NCBI GenBank assembly: GCA_963748215.1
Contig: CAVVHS010000008.1
Location: forward strand, 1 to 64,000
From: an uncultured Gammaproteobacteria bacterium
Lineage (GTDB): Bacteria; Pseudomonadota; Gammaproteobacteria; UBA9214
Length of the DNA stretch: 64,000 nucleotides
Direction: 5' to 3'
How positions within the stretch are numbered: position 1 is the first letter of the stretch; every line of letters starts with the position of its first letter. Below are positions 59,069 through 64,000 of the stretch, piece by piece. Below the pieces are notes generated by a model that worked only from the letters and a program-made list of their open reading frames with translations, was not told the DNA's origin and ran no database searches. Both the position numbers and the translations under genes were made by a program.

Positions 59069-59970
59069 GCACCAGACACTTCCTGACCCTGATGGACCTG
59101 AGCGCGGACGAACTGGAGCGGCTGGTGCAGCGCGCCATCGAGTTGAAGGCCTGGAACCGCGCCGGCAGGCTGCATGAACCCTTCAAGCACCGCGTGCTGG
59201 CCATGGTGTTCGACAAGTCATCGACCCGCACGCGCATGTCGTTCGAGGTCGGCATGGCGCAGCTGGGCGGACACGCGGTATTCCTGTCGCCGCGCGATAC
59301 CCAGCTGGGACGCGGCGAGACCGTCGAGGACAGCGCGCGCGTGCTCTCGCGCATGTCAGATGTCATCATGATCCGCACCTACGAACACGAGAAGCTCGAG
59401 CGCTTCGCCAGCTACTCCAGCGTGCCGGTCATCAACGCCCTGACCGACCTGTATCACCCCTGCCAGCTGCTGGCCGACATGCAGACCTGGGTCGAGCACC
59501 GCGGCGACATCCGCGGGCGGACCGTGGCCTAGATCGGCGATGGCAACAATATGTGCCATTCCTATATCAATGCAGCGCGCCAGTTCGGTTTCACCCTGAA
59601 CATCGCCTGTCCGGACGGCTATGCGCCGGATGCGAACATCCTCGCCGCCGCCGGCGACCGCGTGACCGTCATGGCCTCCGCGCTCGATGCGGCACGCGGC
59701 GCCGACCTGGTCATCACCGATGTCTGGGCCAGCATGGGCCAGGAAGACGAACAGGACAAGCGCGCACGTGCCTTCGCCGACTACCAGGTGAACACGGCCA
59801 TCATGCAGGCCGCGGCAGCCGACGCCCTGTTCATGCACTGCCTGCCGGCGCACCGCGGCGAGGAAGTCGCGGCCGAGGTGATCGACGGCCCGCAGAGCGT
59901 GGTGTGGGACGAGGCGGAAAACCGCCTGCATGCCCAGAAGGCCCTGCTGGAACTGCTGTTGAGCCGCTAG
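59065..59970 (+). pseudogene. argF: Ornithine carbamoyltransferase interrupted by an in-frame TAG at 59530-59532
   Basis: SSTRTR, HPCQ, then TVA*IGDGNN (a conserved Trp position), WASMG, FMHCLP, AENRLH all in one frame. Confidence 0.9.
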
Positions 59971-60002
59971 CGCCGGTCCGGCGCACGCCGGAGTTGAGCA
60001 GG

Positions 60003-60332
60003 TGTAGGGTGCGTTTCACGCACCGGGAATAGTGCATTGTAGGAGCGGACCGCGTCCGCGATCCTGTTGCGTCCACAAAAGATCGCGCTTGAGAAGCGCT
60101 CCTACAGCAATCGACGCGCGGGTTGATGTGGTTGATGCAGGGTGCGTTTTACGCATCGGGAATGGTGCACGAAGTGCACCCTACAAATGAATCCGAGGAC
60201 GTGAGATGTGAAAAGAAGAATGGCCACGGAAGCACACGGAACTACACGGAAGGGCACGGAATAACAGATTATTGCAGTAATGCAGGGTGCGTTTCACACA
60301 CCGAAAATGATGCGCGCAGCGCACCCTGCGAC
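60003..60332. repeat. Composite REP/decamer repeat mosaic
   Basis: GTAGGGTGCG, GTAGGAGCG...CGCTCCTAC, GCAGGGTGCG...GCACCCTAC, GCCACGGAAGCACACGGAACTACACGGAA. Confidence 0.85.
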
Positions 60333-60355
60333 TGCGCAAGGGGGGGTATGAGTCC

Positions 60356-61727
60356 ATGGACATCATCCGGCAACTGACCGACTGGACCGGCACACTCTCC
60401 GGGCTGCTTTGGGGCAACCCGATCACCCTGCTCGTCCTGCTCGGTACCGGCCTGTACCTGACCCTGCGCATGGGGCTGATCCAGCTGCGCGGCTTCCGCC
60501 ACGCCACCCACCTGATCGCCGGCAAGTACAGCAGTCACGCCGACGTCGGCGAGGTCTCGCACTACCAGGCCCTGTCCACCGCCCTGTCAGCCACCGTCGG
60601 CACCGGCAACATCGCCGGCGTCGCCACCGCGATCTCGCTGGGCGGTCCCGGCGCACTGTTCTGGATGTGGGTCACCGCGCTGTTCGGCATGGCCACCAAG
60701 TTCACCGAATGCACACTGGCCATCCGCTTCCGCACGGTGTCGCCCACCGGCGAGGTGGCGGGCGGTCCCATGTACACGCTGCTCAACGGCCTGCAGATGA
60801 AGCGCACGGCCGCGCTGTTCGCGGTCTGCGCGCTGGTGGCCTCGTTCGGCATCGGTAACATGGTGCAGGCCAATTCGGTAATGGACGGCCTGGGCTACAT
60901 CTTTCCGCAACTGCACGACTACAAATGGTACAGCGGCACCTTGCTCGCCGTGCTGGTCGGGCTGGTGATACTGGGCGGCGTGAAGCGCATCGCGCGCGTG
61001 GCCGGCACCATCGTGCCGTTCATGGCCATCACCTACATCGTCGCGGCCCTGCTGGTGCTGATCAATTACGCCGCCGCCATCCCCGCCGCCTTCGGCACCA
61101 TATTCGACCATGCCCTGAATCCCTGGTCGGTAGGTGGCGCGGCAGTCGGTGAGGCGATCCGCTGGGGCGTGGCGCGCGGCCTGTTCTCCAACGAGGCCGG
61201 GCTGGGTTCCTCGCCCATGGCGCATGCCGCGGCGCGCACCAACGAACCGGTACGCGAGGGACTGGTCGCGATGATGGAGCCGTTCATCGACACGCTGGTG
61301 ATCTGCACCATGACCGGCCTGGTCATCGTGGTGACCGGCGCCTGGCAGGACAGCAGCGATGCCCTGATGGGTGCGGCCCTCACCGCGCACGCCTTCAGCG
61401 GCGCCCTGGGCGATGCCGGCGCCTGGGTGGTCGGCGGCGGACTGACGCTGTTCGCCTACTCCACCATCATCGCCTGGTCCTACTACGGCGACCGCTCGGC
61501 TTATTACCTGTTCGGCGAGCGTGCCGTCATGCCCTACCGCGTGATCTACACGCTGCTGGTGGTGATCGGCTCCGCGGTACCGTCTGCAACTGGTGTGGAA
61601 CCTGGCTGACATCACCAATATCCTGATGGCGCTGCCCAACCTGCTCGGGCTGTTGCTGCTGGCCGGCCTGGTGAAGAAACTGAAGGACGATTATTTTTCC
61701 CGCCCGCACCGGGTGACCGGCGAGTAA
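60356..61727 (+). pseudogene. Alanine/glycine:cation symporter (AGCS family) with a +1 frameshift near 61583
   Basis: TVGTGNIAGVA, GGPGALFWMW, GGPMY, GLFSNEAGLGS; removing one T restores LQLVWNLADITNILMALPNL...TAA at 61725. Confidence 0.87.
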
Positions 61728-61831
61728 AACGGGCCGGATACATTTTCCAGGTGACAGGCTTTCCTTTGTTGACCATGGGATGGAAAATGTATCCGGCCCC
61801 CTACTGGTACAAACCCGACGAGGAATCGAGC

Positions 61832-62182
61832 ATGACTGAAACCACCACCGACACCGGCCTTCGCTACACCGACGAAAAAACCGGCACGGGCGACACTGTC
61901 ACCGGCCGCGGCCAGACGGTCATCGTGCACTACACCGGCTGGCTGGAAGACGACACCAAGTTCGATTCCAGCCGCGACCGCGACGACCCGTTCAGTTTCC
62001 CGGTCGATTGCGGTTTCGTGATTCCCGGCTGGGACGAAGGCGTGAAAGGCATGCAGGTCGGCGGTATCCGCCGTCTGGTGATCCCGCCTGAACTCGGCTA
62101 CGGCGCGCGCGGCGCCGGTGGCGTCATCCCGCCGAATGCCACGCTGGTGTTCGAAATCGAGCTGCTGGAAATTTCCACTTAA
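61832..62182 (+). CDS. FKBP-type peptidyl-prolyl cis-trans isomerase
   Basis: VHYTGWL, FDSS, VIPGWDEG, LGYG, IPPNATLVFEIEL. Confidence 0.96.
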   Translation: MTETTTDTGLRYTDEKTGTGDTVTGRGQTVIVHYTGWLEDDTKFDSSRDRDDPFSFPVDCGFVIPGWDEGVKGMQVGGIRRLVIPPELGYGARGAGGVIPPNATLVFEIELLEIST

Positions 62183-63045
62183 TGCTGATCGAGGTCCTCG
62201 ACGAGACGCTGCTGCACTGCGTGCGCGCGGCGCTGGCGGAAGATGTCGGCCCGGGCGACATCACGGCCGACCTGATTCCCGCCAATCGCCAGGCGCAGGC
62301 CACGGTCATCGCGCGCGAGGCCGCGGTATTGTGCGGTATGGCCTGGTTCGACGCCGTGTTCGCGGAACTCGATACTGCCATCACGGTTGACTGGCGTGTA
62401 AAGGACGGCAGCCGCATCGAGGCCGACCAGACGCTGTGCACGCTGGCGGGGCCGGCACGCGCGATCCTCACCGGCGAGCGGACCGCGCTGAACTTCCTGC
62501 AGACGCTGTCCGGCACCGCCACCCTCGCCAATCGCTACGCCGCACGCGTGGCCGACCTGCCGGTGCAGGTTCTCGATACGCGCAAGACCATTCCCGGCCT
62601 GCGCGATGCACAGAAATACGCCGTGCGCACCGGCGGCGCGAGCAATCACCGCACCGGCCTGTTCGACGGCATCCTGATCAAGGAAAACCACATCAGCGCG
62701 GCCGGCACCATTCGGCAGGCCGTGCAGGATGCCGCACGGCTGCATCCCGGCATCCTGATCGAGGTGGAGATCGAACGGCTGGAACAGATCGACGAGGCCA
62801 TCCCGGCCGGCGCCGGACGGCTGTTACTGGACAACTTCAACCTCGCGCAACTCGCCGACGCCGTGCGCCAGGTCGACGGACGCGTGCCACTCGAGGCCTC
62901 CGGCGGCGTCACCCTCGACAACCTGCGCGACATCGCCCTCACCGGCGTCGACTTCATCTCCGTCGGTACGCTCACCAAGCACGTGCACGCCATCGACCTG
63001 TCGATGCGCTTCGAGAAACCGGGGTCAGAGAGCAATTGTGGCTAA
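62182..63045 (+). CDS. nadC: Nicotinate-nucleotide diphosphorylase (quinolinate phosphoribosyltransferase)
   Basis: ERTALNFLQ, DTRKT, LIKENH, LLDNF, EASGG. Confidence 0.98.
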   Translation: MLIEVLDETLLHCVRAALAEDVGPGDITADLIPANRQAQATVIAREAAVLCGMAWFDAVFAELDTAITVDWRVKDGSRIEADQTLCTLAGPARAILTGERTALNFLQTLSGTATLANRYAARVADLPVQVLDTRKTIPGLRDAQKYAVRTGGASNHRTGLFDGILIKENHISAAGTIRQAVQDAARLHPGILIEVEIERLEQIDEAIPAGAGRLLLDNFNLAQLADAVRQVDGRVPLEASGGVTLDNLRDIALTGVDFISVGTLTKHVHAIDLSMRFEKPGSESNCG

Positions 63046-63049
63046 TATT

Positions 63050-63184
63050 TAGGGAAGCTCTGATTAATCCGTCATTCCGGGCGAAGCGCAGCGGAGACCC
63101 GGAATCCAGGTGTTACAATTCAGGCCGTTACTGGATTCCGGCCTGCGCCGGAATGACGAGCATTGAATTAATCAGAGCTTCCTC
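63050..63184. mobile_element. MITE-like palindromic element, copy 3 (divergent core)
   Basis: TIRs GGAAGCTCTGATTAAT/ATTAATCAGAGCTTCC; core GTCATTCCGG...CCGGAATCCAG...CTGGATTCCGG...CCGGAATGAC. Confidence 0.78.
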
Positions 63185-63364
63185 AGTAACTATATTCTCT
63201 GACACCAATCATTCGTTCGGTCTATGCACGAGGCCGTCGTGTATATCAGACAAAAAGAATCACACCCACGCTGGTACGCGGGGTGTGATAGTGGCAAATA
63301 TTCGGAGGAGAATTATTATGCTGCCACTGGTTAGTACGATAGCGATATAAATACCCTGTGGATA

Positions 63365-63850
63365 TTGTCCTTTGGTATGAACAGCATCGACGAAATCGCG
63401 GACACCTCGGCACTGGAATTTTCCTACGCGACGCCGTACGAGACCGATACGGACCTGGTCATCCTGATCCAGGGCGCGGGGGAAATTCCGAACGGTGCCT
63501 ACACGACGACTGCAACCTCGGCCCATCTGGCAGTGACGACGCCGACGGAGTTCCTCGTCATTCGTTGCGTCGTCAACCTTATCACCGCCGACTTCAACTG
63601 CGCCCCCACGACTCCCGTCACGTTCGATCTCACCTGGGTCAGGAACGGCCTGGGGTCGGTGTTAGAAAAAACGAAGCGAACAGAGACTCTCGGGCCAGTC
63701 ACCACGAAATTCAAGGGGGAATACGTCAGCGTAGCGGCGACCGTGAACGGGATATGGAACGGACATTCCCCGGCGGACCTTGCCGGGAATCTGCTGGACA
63801 GCCAGAGTACGACGCACATTCGGGAAATCACGCTGGAGGCGAACCCATAG
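63365..63850 (+). CDS. Hypothetical beta-rich protein, probably 5'-disrupted
   Basis: 161-aa ORF with plausible composition; the strong RBS GGAGGAG and ATG at ~63318 lead only to a short frame. Confidence 0.5.
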   Translation: MSFGMNSIDEIADTSALEFSYATPYETDTDLVILIQGAGEIPNGAYTTTATSAHLAVTTPTEFLVIRCVVNLITADFNCAPTTPVTFDLTWVRNGLGSVLEKTKRTETLGPVTTKFKGEYVSVAATVNGIWNGHSPADLAGNLLDSQSTTHIREITLEANP

Positions 63851-64000
63851 CGCTGTAATGCACTTGCTTTCAAAAATGGTTTTGGTGAATTGGAGGCGGG
63901 CACCGCGCTTGAAATGCTCCGTGGCACAGCACAGAATGCCGGTGTGAGTGAACAGTTAACCCTGAAAGAGCTGCAGCAGCAAGCCATCGCATTCCGCATG

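Noticed and set aside
59530-59532. Genome-wide TAG recoding
   Set aside because: TAG serves as a normal stop for purL, bamC, gcvR, bcp and argF itself in this window

Overview
GC-rich gammaproteobacterial chromosome segment. Gene content (bamC-dapA-gcvR-bcp-perM, gloA-argG, pyrC-rnt-grxD, argD-argF, nadC, RegB/RegA, a PEP-CTERM protein, an E2-E3-fused PDH) suggests a Chromatiales-like or sulfur-oxidizer-like organism; this is inference. Core housekeeping blocks alternate with lower-GC accessory blocks at about 1-1500, 16.4-29 kb, 35.8-38.8 kb and 63.2-64 kb. No rRNA, tRNA or CRISPR array was seen. The most interesting signals are non-coding. (1) A predicted ~100-nt small RNA divergent from regB has tandem RegA/RegR boxes, a TAGAAT -10, a CCUCCUCCC anti-Shine-Dalgarno loop and a U8 terminator. 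(2) A decaying integron cassette array without an integrase lies at 35.8-38.6 kb, with a further attC after usp. (3) A reverse-transcriptase pseudogene sits beside gnd-zwf in an island whose gene boundaries carry a recurring AATGTCCG-type motif. (4) Intergenic mosaics are built from at least six short-repeat families, including ~390-bp inverted copies flanking rnt. Three core genes (an asnB-like amidotransferase, argF and an alanine symporter) carry single-base lesions that could be sequencing errors or real mutations. All calls come from reading motifs by eye; no database searches were run.
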